A stretch of 64,000 bases of DNA from Alphaproteobacteria bacterium. Lineage in GTDB: Bacteria; Pseudomonadota; Alphaproteobacteria; UBA828. Made by a program: the position numbers and the translations under genes. The notes beneath the pieces are model-generated. The model was not told the origin of the DNA. It saw nothing but the letters and a program-made list of their open reading frames with translations, and searched no databases. Positions 9,619-19,303 of the stretch are shown piece after piece; the first letter of the stretch is position 1, and every line of letters starts with the position of its first letter. The DNA lies in NCBI GenBank assembly GCA_965221125.1, contig CBDCRW010000005.1, positions 192,001 through 256,000 on the forward strand. The letters run 5' to 3'.

Positions 9619-10734
9619 TCATCGCAGCCGGCTCACCACGCGCTCCTGGAAGCTGCGCACGGCGTCCTCCCAGTGCGGGGAGAGCACGCCGCCGCCGTCG
9701 GCGACGGCAGACGCGCGCCCCTGCTGCAGACGCTCGCAGATCACCTGGTCCTCCTCGTGCACGTCGCGCCAGAGCCGCGCCAGCTCCTCCGCCTCCTCGG
9801 CCGTTACCGGCTCCGGGCGCAGGCTGTAGACCGCGCGGCGCTGGCTGGTGCGCCCCGGCGCGAGCGGCACGTCGAGGTGCACGCCCACTTGGTCCGGCAG
9901 ATAGAGGCCCAGCACGAAGTTGGGAAAGAGCGTGAGGTAGCGGGAGTCCGCCGAGAGCGTGTCGTCCCGCCTGGCCTCGGCCGAGACGTCCACGGCGCAG
10001 CCGAGGCAGCCCGGCTCGTTCACCGTGTAGTGGTCGGTCAGCGGCTGCTCGGTCGTCGTCGCATGGACGAAGGGCACGTGGTAGGGCTCGATGAAGTTCT
10101 CCATCAGGAGCTTCCAGTTCGCCGCGATCTCCCCCAGGTCCACCGTGACCACGTGCCTCATGCGGGAGAGGTCGAAGCCGCCCAGGTGGCTCTGCAGCGG
10201 GGCGACGAAGTCCTCGATGGGCGGCGCGTCGCCGCTCAGGTTGACGAAGACCCAGTCGTGCCAGATTTCTGTGCGCACCGGCAGCAGCCCGTGCTCCGCG
10301 CGCTCGAAGCCCTCCGGCACCGCGCGCGGGTCGGTGCCGCCGAAGTAGGGGGCGACGTGGAGCGCGCCGTCGAGCCGGTAGGTCCACGAGTGGTAGGGGC
10401 ACTGGATGGCCGGGCCCACGTTGCAGGGCTCGTCCACCAGCTTGAGGCAGCGGTGGCGGCAGACGTTGTGGAAGGCGCGGACCTCGCCCTCGCCATCGCG
10501 CAGCAGCAGCACCGGGCGGCCGGCGACGGTGACGGGCACCGCGTCGCCCGGCCGGGCCAGCTCGTGGGCGAGGGCGGCGAAGACCCAGGATGGGGCGAAG
10601 ACGCGCTCGTACTCCAGCGCCAGGAACGCCTCGCTGGTATACGCCGCCGCCGGCAGCCCCCGCGCCACCGGGCCGGGCGCGTCGAACGCGGCCAGGGCCT
10701 CGGCCCCCAGGATCGACTGCAGCGACAGGCTCAT
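9619..10734 (-). CDS. Rieske oxygenase alpha subunit (choline monooxygenase-like)
   Basis: CRHR...CPYH Rieske ligands; ENFIEPYHVPFVH and EED mononuclear iron ligands. Confidence 0.9.
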   Translation of the reverse strand: MSLSLQSILGAEALAAFDAPGPVARGLPAAAYTSEAFLALEYERVFAPSWVFAALAHELARPGDAVPVTVAGRPVLLLRDGEGEVRAFHNVCRHRCLKLVDEPCNVGPAIQCPYHSWTYRLDGALHVAPYFGGTDPRAVPEGFERAEHGLLPVRTEIWHDWVFVNLSGDAPPIEDFVAPLQSHLGGFDLSRMRHVVTVDLGEIAANWKLLMENFIEPYHVPFVHATTTEQPLTDHYTVNEPGCLGCAVDVSAEARRDDTLSADSRYLTLFPNFVLGLYLPDQVGVHLDVPLAPGRTSQRRAVYSLRPEPVTAEEAEELARLWRDVHEEDQVICERLQQGRASAVADGGGVLSPHWEDAVRSFQERVVSRLR

Positions 10735-10756
10735 GGCACGTTCCTTGAGAGCACGG

Positions 10757-11296
10757 TCAGGGCACGTGGCGCTTGAGCAGGAACTGGTTCTTGAACATGC
10801 CGAGCTGGGTCATGACCTCGACGTGGGCGATGTCGGTCTGGCCGTGGACGTGGTCGTTGAGGAAGGCCGCGAGCTCGGTCTCCTCGTCACAGACGACCTC
10901 GACCAGCAGGTCGAAGCGGCCGGCGACCCACATGACATAGACCACGACAGGGTGGGGTTCGAGGCGCTGCGCGACCTCCGTGGGTGCTATCCCCGGCGCG
11001 GCCTTGATGCCGAGCATGGCGTCGGACTCGTAGTCGACCGCCACCGGGTCGACCACGGCGACGATGCGGAGGATGCCCGCGTCCCGCATCCGGGTAACGC
11101 GGTTGCGGATCGTGCCGCCCGAGACGCCGAGCTTCTGCCCGATCTCGTCATAGGCCGCGCGCCCGTCCTCCTGCAGCAGGCGGATGATCCGCTGGTTGAG
11201 ATCGTCGTTGGGAGAGGAGAGCCGCGAGATTTCGCCGGCGTCGCCGACGCTGCCTTCGCTCACTGACTGAATCACACGTGGTGTGGGTCGGGGCAT
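10757..11296 (-). CDS. Lrp/AsnC family transcriptional regulator
   Basis: IIRLLQEDGR..Y.EIG..LGVS..TIRNRV HTH, GRFDLLVEV RAM domain; start uncertain. Confidence 0.88.
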   Translation of the reverse strand: MPRPTPRVIQSVSEGSVGDAGEISRLSSPNDDLNQRIIRLLQEDGRAAYDEIGQKLGVSGGTIRNRVTRMRDAGILRIVAVVDPVAVDYESDAMLGIKAAPGIAPTEVAQRLEPHPVVVYVMWVAGRFDLLVEVVCDEETELAAFLNDHVHGQTDIAHVEVMTQLGMFKNQFLLKRHVP

Positions 11297-11329
11297 GTGT
11301 CGCCTCGTGGCGTCGGTGGTCGCGGCGTG

Positions 11330-11445
11330 TCGTCTCCGATATCAATTCGTTATCGTATCTCCCGAATGTTGACGATATCTGAAGTATAGGCAAGAAATAC
11401 TTTAATTTGGTTATCACAGTGAGGATATTTTGCAGAATCATGCAC
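11330..11445. promoter_or_regulatory. AT-rich divergent promoter/operator region between the Lrp operon and gloA
   Basis: Conspicuous AT-rich block in a GC-rich background containing TTGACG and AAATACTTTAATT. Confidence 0.5.
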
Positions 11446-11574
11446 GCGCATGAGGCTTCGAGGGGCGAGGGGGAAGGGCGGATGATCGTGCCGCCGCGCG
11501 ATGGGAACAGGCGGGGTAGCGATCCGGGTGCCGGTTCGCCTATCTTGCCGCACGATCATTCAGGGGGACTGACC

Positions 11575-11976
11575 ATGCAGCTTCTTCACACCATGCTCCG
11601 CGTGGGCGACATGCAGCGTTCCATCGACTTCTACACGAAGGTCATCGGCATGGACCTGCTGCGCAAGACGGAGCGCCCGGACCAGGGGTACAGCCTTGCC
11701 TTCGTCGCATTCGGCGGCGGCAACGAGAACGGCGAGGCCGAGCTGGAGCTGACCTACAACCACGGCGTCTCGGAGTACGACCTCGGCACCGCCTACGGGC
11801 ATATCGCGCTCGGCGTGGAGAACGTGGCCGAGACCTGCGAGCGCATTCGCGCGGCGGGCGGCAACGTCACGCGCGAGGCGGGGCCGGTGAAGGGCGGGAC
11901 CACGGTGATCGCGTTCATCGAGGATCCGGACGGCTACAAGGTGGAGCTGATCGAGGAAGGCACGCATAGCTCCTGA
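11575..11976 (+). CDS. gloA: Lactoylglutathione lyase (glyoxalase I)
   Basis: [38 protein letters not shown]. Confidence 0.95.
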   Translation: MQLLHTMLRVGDMQRSIDFYTKVIGMDLLRKTERPDQGYSLAFVAFGGGNENGEAELELTYNHGVSEYDLGTAYGHIALGVENVAETCERIRAAGGNVTREAGPVKGGTTVIAFIEDPDGYKVELIEEGTHSS

Positions 11977-12071
11977 ACGGGTTTCCCTCCCGAATTCGCC
12001 GAAGCGCGCGGGCCGCTTGCGCCGGTGCGCCGATCGGCTAGGCTCGGCCCGCACGCCTGAGGAGAAGCCCC

Positions 12072-12590
12072 ATGAGCCAAGCCGCCGCCACCGTCGCCCG
12101 CGTCTCCGCGCCGAGCGCCCATCCCTTCTCGCCGCCCGATATCGTGCTCGCGACCGACCCGGAGGACGAGCGCATCTGGGTCCCCCTCAAGGAGGGCGTT
12201 TGGCTGCGCCCGCTCATGTACAACACCGTGCAGGGCGGCTGGTGCGAGGTGGTGAAGGTCACGGGCGGCGGCTTCGTCTCGCGCCACCGCCACCCGGCGC
12301 CGGTGCACGGCCTCGTGCTCAAGGGCGCCTTCCGCTACCTGGAGCACGACTGGATCGCCGACCAGGGCACCTACATCTACGAGCCGCCGGGCGAGGTCCA
12401 CACCCTTGTGGTCGACGAGGACTGCCCGGAGATGCACTGCTTCTTCGCGATCTCGGGCTCGGTCAACTACGTGGACGAGGACGGCCGGGACGACCATGCC
12501 GAGGACGTCTTCCACCGCCTCGACCGCGCGCGGCAGCACTACGAGGAGGTCGGCCTCGGCGCCGACTACGTGAAGAACTTCGTGCGCTAG
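12072..12590 (+). CDS. Cupin, 2,4'-dihydroxyacetophenone dioxygenase family
   Basis: RHRHP..VHG, F.YLEHDW.A..G.YIYEPPGEVHTL. Confidence 0.82.
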   Translation: MSQAAATVARVSAPSAHPFSPPDIVLATDPEDERIWVPLKEGVWLRPLMYNTVQGGWCEVVKVTGGGFVSRHRHPAPVHGLVLKGAFRYLEHDWIADQGTYIYEPPGEVHTLVVDEDCPEMHCFFAISGSVNYVDEDGRDDHAEDVFHRLDRARQHYEEVGLGADYVKNFVR

Positions 12591-12703
12591 TTGCGCGAAT
12601 TCTCGGGGTGATCGGAGGGCGCCGACACACCCGAAACAGCCGTGCACGGCAGCGCGTGCCGCACCTATAATGGCGCGCCGGTAAGCAATGGGGGGCAGCC
12701 AGC

Positions 12704-13582
12704 ATGTATCCAGCACCGATCGACGAGTACGTGAGGCCGGCGACGGTGGCCGACGCGCTCGCCGCGCTCGGCCGCTACGACGAGGGCGATGCGGCCTTCA
12801 TCGCCGGCGGCCAGAGCCTCATGCAGGCGGTGAAGGCGCGGCTGGTGCGCCCGCGCTGCCTGATCGACCTGCAGGCGGTGTCCGGGCTCTCCGGCATCGA
12901 GGTCGGCGCTGACGGCGTGCGCATCGGGCCGATGACCCGCTACGCGGAGATCGCCCGCGACGAGCGGCTTGGCGGCGCCTGCGCCGCGCTCCGCGATGCG
13001 GCGGAGCGGGTGGGCGACCGCCAGGTGCGCAACCGCGGCACCATCGGCGGCAGCCTCTGCTGGAACTACGTTGCGGCCTGCATGCCGCCCACGGCGATCG
13101 GCCTCGGCGCCCGGCTCGAGCTGACCGCAGCCGGCGGCGGCACGCGCACCCTGGCCGCGGAGGATTTCCTGGGCGGCCCGCTGGAGACGGCGCGGGAGGA
13201 GAACGAGATCCTCACCGCCATCACCATCCCGGCTGCGGGCAGCAATGCCGGGAGCGCGTACAAGAAGTGGGGCCTCGTCACCGACGCGCTGCCGGTGATC
13301 GGCGTCTGCGTCGCGCTCGAGGTGGCGGACGGGCACTGCGCCAGCGCGCGCGTCGCGGTCGGCGGCCTGGCCGACGGGCCGACGCGCTCTGCCGCCGGCG
13401 AGGCGGCGCTCACCGGCGTCGCCCAAGGCGACGGGGACGGCATCGCGGCAGCCATGGACGCGGCCGCGGCCGAGATCGAGACCCAGGCGGACCTCTGGGC
13501 CGACAGCGACTACCGCAAGCAGCTCATCCGCTCGCTCGGCGCCGAGGTCACGGCCACGGCGTTTGCGCGGGCGGCCGGCTAG
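12704..13582 (+). CDS. Molybdenum hydroxylase FAD-binding subunit (CoxM-like)
   Basis: IAGGQSL, QVRNRGTIGGSL, DYRKQL. Confidence 0.92.
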   Translation: MYPAPIDEYVRPATVADALAALGRYDEGDAAFIAGGQSLMQAVKARLVRPRCLIDLQAVSGLSGIEVGADGVRIGPMTRYAEIARDERLGGACAALRDAAERVGDRQVRNRGTIGGSLCWNYVAACMPPTAIGLGARLELTAAGGGTRTLAAEDFLGGPLETAREENEILTAITIPAAGSNAGSAYKKWGLVTDALPVIGVCVALEVADGHCASARVAVGGLADGPTRSAAGEAALTGVAQGDGDGIAAAMDAAAAEIETQADLWADSDYRKQLIRSLGAEVTATAFARAAG

Positions 13583-13604
13583 ACGTTGGGGGAGGAAACC
13601 GGCA

Positions 13605-14078
13605 ATGAGCACGACCACGATCACGGTGACGATCAACGGCGAGGTCTTCGAGGAGACCGTGCCGGTCCGCATGCTGCTGGTGGACTTCATCCGCGAGCGG
13701 GCGGCGCTCACCGGCACCCACATCGGCTGCACCTACGAGGGCGTCTGCGGCGCCTGCACGGTGCAGCTCGACGGCGAGGCGGTGAAATCCTGCCTCATGG
13801 TCGCCGCCCAGGCCGACGGGCACGAGATCACCACCGTCGAAGGCCTGGCGCAAGGCGGCACGCTCTCGCCGCTGCAGCGGGCCTTCAACGAGCAGCATGC
13901 GCTGCAGTGCGGCTTCTGCACGCCGGGCATCCTGATGAACATGGACGAGTTCCTGCGCGAGAACCCGGAGCCTACGGACGACGAGATCCGCCGCGGGCTG
14001 GTCGGCAACCTCTGCCGCTGCACGGGCTATGCGCACATCGTCGATGCGGTCCGCGAGGCCGCGAAAGCGAGCAGGTGA
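13605..14078 (+). CDS. Molybdenum hydroxylase 2Fe-2S subunit (CoxS-like)
   Basis: GC..G.CGACTV, QCGFCTPG, NLCRCTGY; RBS GGAGG upstream of ATG 13605. Confidence 0.93.
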   Translation: MSTTTITVTINGEVFEETVPVRMLLVDFIRERAALTGTHIGCTYEGVCGACTVQLDGEAVKSCLMVAAQADGHEITTVEGLAQGGTLSPLQRAFNEQHALQCGFCTPGILMNMDEFLRENPEPTDDEIRRGLVGNLCRCTGYAHIVDAVREAAKASR

Positions 14079-14092
14079 GGGAGGAGAGGCCG

Positions 14093-16492
14093 ATGACCGG
14101 AATTAGCGAAGGCTGGGTCGGCAGCCACTTCCACCGCAAGGAGGACCATCGCCTCATCACGGGGCGGGGCCGGTTCCTCGCCGACCTCGCGCAGCCGGGC
14201 GCGCTCCACATCGTGTTCAAGCGGAGCGACCACGCGCACGCCATGATCACGGGCATCGACACAAGCGCGGCGAGCGCGATGCCGGGCGTGGTCGCGGTCG
14301 TCACCGGGGACGACATCAAGGACGAGATCCTGCCCATGCCGCAGCCGGTGGTGCAGCCCGCGCTGCCCGCCACGTACCCGAAGCACTGGCCGCTCGCGGT
14401 CGGCCGGGTGAAGTGGCACGGCGAGCCGGTGGCGGCGGTGATCGCCCGCGACGCCTACGTCGCCGAGGACGCGGCCGAGGCCATCGAGGTGGGATACGAC
14501 CCGCTGCCCTACGTGGGCGATGCCGAGAGCGCGCTGGCCGACGGCGCCACCATCATCCACGAGGACTGGCCGGACAACGTCATCTTCCAGATGGATTTCA
14601 CCGGCGGCGCCGACGAGGAGAGCCAGAACGCGCACGAGGCCAAGGTGCAGGAGGTCTTCGACAGCGCCGACGTGGTCATCAAGCAACGCTTCACCTGCCA
14701 CCGCTGCGGCGTGGCGCCGATGGAGACCCGCGGCGCGCTGTTCGACTGGGACGAATCGGACGGGCTCACCGGCTGGCTCACCACCCAGCGCCCGCATATC
14801 GACCGCCTCGCGCTCGCGGACATCCTCGAGATCCCGGCCGAGAAGATCCGCATCATCGCGCCGCGCGACCAGGGCGGCGGCTTCGGCGTCAAGGCGCCGT
14901 TCTACCGCGAGCCCATGCTGATCGCCTACATGGCGAAGAAGCTGGGCCGCCCGGTGCGCTGGATCGAGACCCGCCAGGAGCACCTGATGGCGGTGAGCCA
15001 GGAGCGCGACCAGATCCACGATCTCGAGGTCGCGGCGGCGAGCGACGGCAAGCTGCTTGCGATCCGCGATCGCGGCATTGCCGACTGCGGCGACGGTTGC
15101 GAGGGGGTCTACTGGGGCTTCCTGATGCCCTTCCTCGGCGCGATCGAGCTGCCCAACGCCTACGACTGGCCGATCGGCGACATCAAGGTGAAGGTCGCGA
15201 TCACCAACAAGTCCGCGCTCTCGCCGGCCCGCGCCTTCGGTGAACTGCCGACCCGCTTCGCCATGGAACGCGCCATCGACATGGTGGCCAAGAAGTGCGG
15301 CATGGAACCGGCGGACGTGCGCCGCAAGAACCTCGTCGCCTCGCTTCCCTACACCTCGATCACCAACGAGTATTTCGACAGCGGCGACTTCATCAAGGTG
15401 TGGGACAACCTGATGGCAGAGGCGGACCTGCCGGGCTTCCGCGCCCGCCAGGCGGAGGCGCGGGCGGAGGGCCGCTATCTCGGCATCGGCTTCGGCCTCG
15501 GCGTCGAGCTTTCGGGCGTCGCCTCCGAGCTTTTCGTGCCGATGGAGAACCAGCCGGGCTACGGGGCTGCGACGGTGCGGCTCGACCCGCGCGGCAAGGT
15601 GCTGGTGTTCGAGGGCGATGCGCCCGGCGGGCAGGGGCACGAAACCACGGTGGCGCAGGCCGTCGCCCACAGCTTCGGCATCCACCCCAACGACGTGGTG
15701 GTGACGACGGGGGATACGGGCACGACGCCCTTCGGCTCCGGCACCGTGGGCGCGCGCGCGGGCTCCTACTTCGTGAGCGCCGCAGTGCAAGCCTGCGACG
15801 TGCTGAAGGAGAAGATCGCGCGCATCATGGCGCATGACCTCGCGCTCGCCGATGCCTCCCCCGCCGACTTCGCGTTCAGGGACGGCTTCGTGACCTACGC
15901 CAAGGATTCGAACATCAAGAAGACGTTCCGCGAGGCGGTGGAGCGCGTCATCATGGCGCCGATCAACCTGCCGGAGGGCGAATCCGGCGGCCTGGAGCAC
16001 ACCGCCTTCTTCGAGGCCGAGAAGCCGATGATCGCCTTCAATGCCGATGTCTGCACGGTCGAGGTCGATATCGAGACCGGCCAGTTCAAGATCCTGAGCT
16101 GGACCACGTCGGAGGACGTGGGGCAGATCATCAACCCGCAGATCGTCGAGGGGCAGATGCAGGGCGCCATCGTGCAGGGGCTGTCCAACACCATGTTCGA
16201 GGAGTTCGTCTACGACGAGAACGGCCAGCAGCTCTCCGCCGACTTCGAAAACTACAAGCTGGCGACGGCGGCGGACGTGCCGGACATCAAGGTGACGCAC
16301 GCGCCGACGCCGTGCCCGTACACGCCGCTGGGCAGCCGGGGCATCGGCGAGGGGCGGCCGTCCGACGTGCCGGGGACGCTGTGTAACGCGATCTGCGATG
16401 CGCTCAGCCCCTTCGACATCGAGATCACGGACCTGCCGCTCAGGCCGGACTCGCTCTGGCGCAAGATCCAGGCGGCGCGCGCGGCCTCCTGA
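14093..16492 (+). CDS. Molybdenum hydroxylase large subunit (xanthine dehydrogenase/CoxL family, not true CODH)
   Basis: GGGFGVK, GQGHET, GQMQG, RGIGEG; active-site loop reads PARAFG. Confidence 0.92.
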   Translation: MTGISEGWVGSHFHRKEDHRLITGRGRFLADLAQPGALHIVFKRSDHAHAMITGIDTSAASAMPGVVAVVTGDDIKDEILPMPQPVVQPALPATYPKHWPLAVGRVKWHGEPVAAVIARDAYVAEDAAEAIEVGYDPLPYVGDAESALADGATIIHEDWPDNVIFQMDFTGGADEESQNAHEAKVQEVFDSADVVIKQRFTCHRCGVAPMETRGALFDWDESDGLTGWLTTQRPHIDRLALADILEIPAEKIRIIAPRDQGGGFGVKAPFYREPMLIAYMAKKLGRPVRWIETRQEHLMAVSQERDQIHDLEVAAASDGKLLAIRDRGIADCGDGCEGVYWGFLMPFLGAIELPNAYDWPIGDIKVKVAITNKSALSPARAFGELPTRFAMERAIDMVAKKCGMEPADVRRKNLVASLPYTSITNEYFDSGDFIKVWDNLMAEADLPGFRARQAEARAEGRYLGIGFGLGVELSGVASELFVPMENQPGYGAATVRLDPRGKVLVFEGDAPGGQGHETTVAQAVAHSFGIHPNDVVVTTGDTGTTPFGSGTVGARAGSYFVSAAVQACDVLKEKIARIMAHDLALADASPADFAFRDGFVTYAKDSNIKKTFREAVERVIMAPINLPEGESGGLEHTAFFEAEKPMIAFNADVCTVEVDIETGQFKILSWTTSEDVGQIINPQIVEGQMQGAIVQGLSNTMFEEFVYDENGQQLSADFENYKLATAADVPDIKVTHAPTPCPYTPLGSRGIGEGRPSDVPGTLCNAICDALSPFDIEITDLPLRPDSLWRKIQAARAAS

Positions 16493-16527
16493 TCCTGGCC
16501 CCCGCCATGCCGCAGCGGTAGGGCGCG

Positions 16528-17874
16528 ATGGCGGGGCAGAGCGTGCGCATCGGCTCCGGCGCGGGCTTCGCCGGCGACCGCTGGGAGCCTGCGGTCGAGC
16601 TGGTGGAGCGGGGCGGGCTCGACTACATCGCCTTCGAGTGCCTGGCGGAGCGCACCATCGCGCGCGAGACGCTCAGCCTGCGGCGTGGACAGGGGAGCGG
16701 CTACAACCCGCAGCTCGAGGAGCGCATGCGGGCCGTGCTGCCGCCGGCGGCCAAGAACGGCGTCGTCGTGCTCAGCAACATGGGCGCCGCCGACCCGCTG
16801 GCGGCAGGCCGCAAGACGGCCGAAATCGCCGCCGACCTCGGGCTCGGCGACCGGCGCTGCGCCGTGCTGCTCGGCGACGACGTGCGGGACGCCGTCGCCG
16901 CCCGCCCCGATCTCCCCCTGATGGAGACGGGCGCGCCCGTGGAGAGCATCCTGCCGCGCATGGCGTCCGCCAACGGCTACCTCGGTGCGGACGCGGTGGC
17001 GACTGCGCTCGCGACCGCAGCACCGGTGGTGGTGACGGGCCGGGTCGCCGACCCCTCGCTCTTCGTCGGCCCCATCCTCCATGCGCTGGGTTGGGCTTAC
17101 GACGATTACGCCCGCCTCGCCCAGGCCGCGGCGGCGGGCCACCTGCTGGAATGCGCGGGCCAGGTGTCAGGCGGCTACTTCGCCGACCCCGGCGCCAAGG
17201 ACGTGGCGGGCCTCGCGCGCCTCGGCTTCCCCTTCGCCGACGTGACGGGTGAGGGCGCAGTGACCCTCGGCAAGTGCGAAGGCTCCGGCGGGCGCATCGA
17301 TGCGGCGACCTGCACCGAGCAGCTTCTCTACGAGGTGGAGGACCCTGCAGCCTACGTCACACCCGACTGCGTGCTCGACATGAGCGGCATCGCGCTCCGC
17401 CAGGTGGGGCCCGACCGCGTGGCGGTCTCGGGCGCCCGCGCCCGGCCGCGCACCGGCACCTACAAGGTGAGCATCGGCTATTTCGACGGCTATCTCGGCG
17501 AGGGGCAGCTCTCCTACGGCGGGCCGAACGCCGTGGCACGCGCCCGGCTCGCGGGCGAGATCGTGGCGGAGCGGCTGCGGCTCCGGGGCTTCGCCTACGA
17601 TGCGCTCGACGCCCGCCTGATCGGCCTCGACAGCCTGCACGGGCCGGGCGCGGGGCGGCCCGAGCCCTACGAGGTGAGGCTCCGCGTCACCGGCCGCACG
17701 CAGGACAGGAAGGCCGCCGAGGCCGTGGGCTTCGAGGTCGCCGCCCTCTACACCAACGGGCCGGCCGGCGGCGCCGGAGACGCGGCGAGCGTGCGCGAGA
17801 TCCTCGCCGTGCAGTCGGTGCTGCTGCCGCGCGACCTGGTGCAGCCCCGCGTCGAGGTGGTCGAGGCCGCCTGA
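16528..17874 (+). CDS. AtuA / DUF1446 family protein
   Basis: IGSGAGFAGDR, FECLAERT, VTGRVADPS, GHLLECAGQVSGG, EQLLYEV. Confidence 0.9.
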   Translation: MAGQSVRIGSGAGFAGDRWEPAVELVERGGLDYIAFECLAERTIARETLSLRRGQGSGYNPQLEERMRAVLPPAAKNGVVVLSNMGAADPLAAGRKTAEIAADLGLGDRRCAVLLGDDVRDAVAARPDLPLMETGAPVESILPRMASANGYLGADAVATALATAAPVVVTGRVADPSLFVGPILHALGWAYDDYARLAQAAAAGHLLECAGQVSGGYFADPGAKDVAGLARLGFPFADVTGEGAVTLGKCEGSGGRIDAATCTEQLLYEVEDPAAYVTPDCVLDMSGIALRQVGPDRVAVSGARARPRTGTYKVSIGYFDGYLGEGQLSYGGPNAVARARLAGEIVAERLRLRGFAYDALDARLIGLDSLHGPGAGRPEPYEVRLRVTGRTQDRKAAEAVGFEVAALYTNGPAGGAGDAASVREILAVQSVLLPRDLVQPRVEVVEAA

Positions 17875-18206
17875 TGCTGAGCGTGCGCGATCTCGCCCAC
17901 GCCCGCGCCGGCGACAAGGGGCATTCCGTCAACGTCTCGGTCGTGGCCTACGACGAGGCGGGCTACGAGCGGCTCCTGAGGGAACTCACCGAGGCGCGGG
18001 TGGCGGCGGCCTTCGCCCCGCTGGCCGACGGCCCCGTGCGGCGCTACGCCCTGCCGGGCTTGAGCGCGCTCAACTTCGTCATCGAGCGGGTGCACGGCGG
18101 CGGCGTCACCGCCACCGGCGCGCTCGACATCCACGGCAAGAGCCTGTCGTCGCTCATGCTCACAATCCCGCTGCCCGGCAACGAGCCGGAGGAGCACGGC
18201 GCGTGA
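17874..18206 (+). CDS. Small AtuA C-terminal-domain partner protein
   Basis: TGATG overlap; LAHARAGDKG...DIHGKSLS. Confidence 0.85.
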   Translation: MLSVRDLAHARAGDKGHSVNVSVVAYDEAGYERLLRELTEARVAAAFAPLADGPVRRYALPGLSALNFVIERVHGGGVTATGALDIHGKSLSSLMLTIPLPGNEPEEHGA

Positions 18207-18240
18207 CCGGCCCGCGCGGGCGTAAGGGAAAAGGACCGCC

Positions 18241-19164
18241 GTGAAAGCCGCCTATTTCGAGAGGCACGGCGGCCCCGAGGTCATCCGCTACGGCGACCTG
18301 CCGGATCCGGCGGCCGGCCCCGGCGAGATCGTCGTCGACATCCACGCCGCCAGCGTCAACGGCGCGGACTGCAAGGTGCTGGAAGGCCGCTACAGCCAGG
18401 TCGCCCGATTCCCCTACGTGCTCGGACGCGATTTCTCGGGCGTGGTCGCCGCGCTCGGCGACGGCGTCGACGAGTTCGCGCCGGGCGATCCGGTCTTCGG
18501 CGTCTGCGCCGTGGGGCAGGAAGGGGCGCATGCCGAGAAGATCGCGATGGCGGCGGCGCTGGTGGCGCGCAAGCCGGACGGGCTCTCCCACGTGGAGGCC
18601 ACGGCGCTCGCGCTGATCGGGCTCACGGCGGTGGTCTCGATCGAGGACACGCTGGCCCTGCGACCGGGCGAGACGATCCTGATCCAGGGCGGGGCCGGCG
18701 GGGTCGCCGGCTTCGGCATCCAGCTCGCGAAGCATATCGGCGCGCATGTCATCGCCACGTGCAGCGCCCGCAACGTCGACTACGTGCGGAGCCTCGGCGC
18801 CGACCGGGTGATCGACTACGCGGCGCAGGATTTCACGGACGCGGTCTCGGACTGCGACGCCGTGTTCGAGACCGTGGGCGGCGACGTGGCCCAGCGCTCA
18901 TTCGCCGTGCTCAAGCCCGGCGGCCGCGCGGCCTTCATCGCCTCGGGCCCGGCCGCGCTGGCGCCGCCGTGCGCCGACGTGACCGCGCTCCGCCCCAGGG
19001 TGGGGCGCGACCGCCGGCATCTGCTGCGTATCCTGGAGCTGGTCGAGACGGGCGCCGTCCGCGTGCCCGAGATTCGCACCTTCCCGCTGGAGGACGCCGC
19101 GTCCGCGCTCGCGACCAGCGCCGCCCGTCATCTCAGGGGCAAGCTGGTCCTGACGATTCGCTAG
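18241..19164 (+). CDS. NADP-dependent MDR/quinone oxidoreductase-like protein
   Basis: HGGPEV, GRDFSG, GGAGGV, RGKLVL. Confidence 0.88.
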   Translation: MKAAYFERHGGPEVIRYGDLPDPAAGPGEIVVDIHAASVNGADCKVLEGRYSQVARFPYVLGRDFSGVVAALGDGVDEFAPGDPVFGVCAVGQEGAHAEKIAMAAALVARKPDGLSHVEATALALIGLTAVVSIEDTLALRPGETILIQGGAGGVAGFGIQLAKHIGAHVIATCSARNVDYVRSLGADRVIDYAAQDFTDAVSDCDAVFETVGGDVAQRSFAVLKPGGRAAFIASGPAALAPPCADVTALRPRVGRDRRHLLRILELVETGAVRVPEIRTFPLEDAASALATSAARHLRGKLVLTIR

Positions 19165-19303
19165 TTGTCGCGGGCCGGGCAGCATTCACCCCCGGCGAGA
19201 CCAGCACTGTTCCGCCACGCGGAGGAAATTCCCTCCCATGATGGCCGCGATGTCGCCTTGGGCGTTCGCTGTCTCCAGCCCGACCACCACCGTCATGCCG
19301 GGA

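Noticed and set aside
14093-16492. Aerobic CO dehydrogenase CoxL
   Set aside because: Lacks the AYxCSFR Cu-binding motif and cox accessory genes
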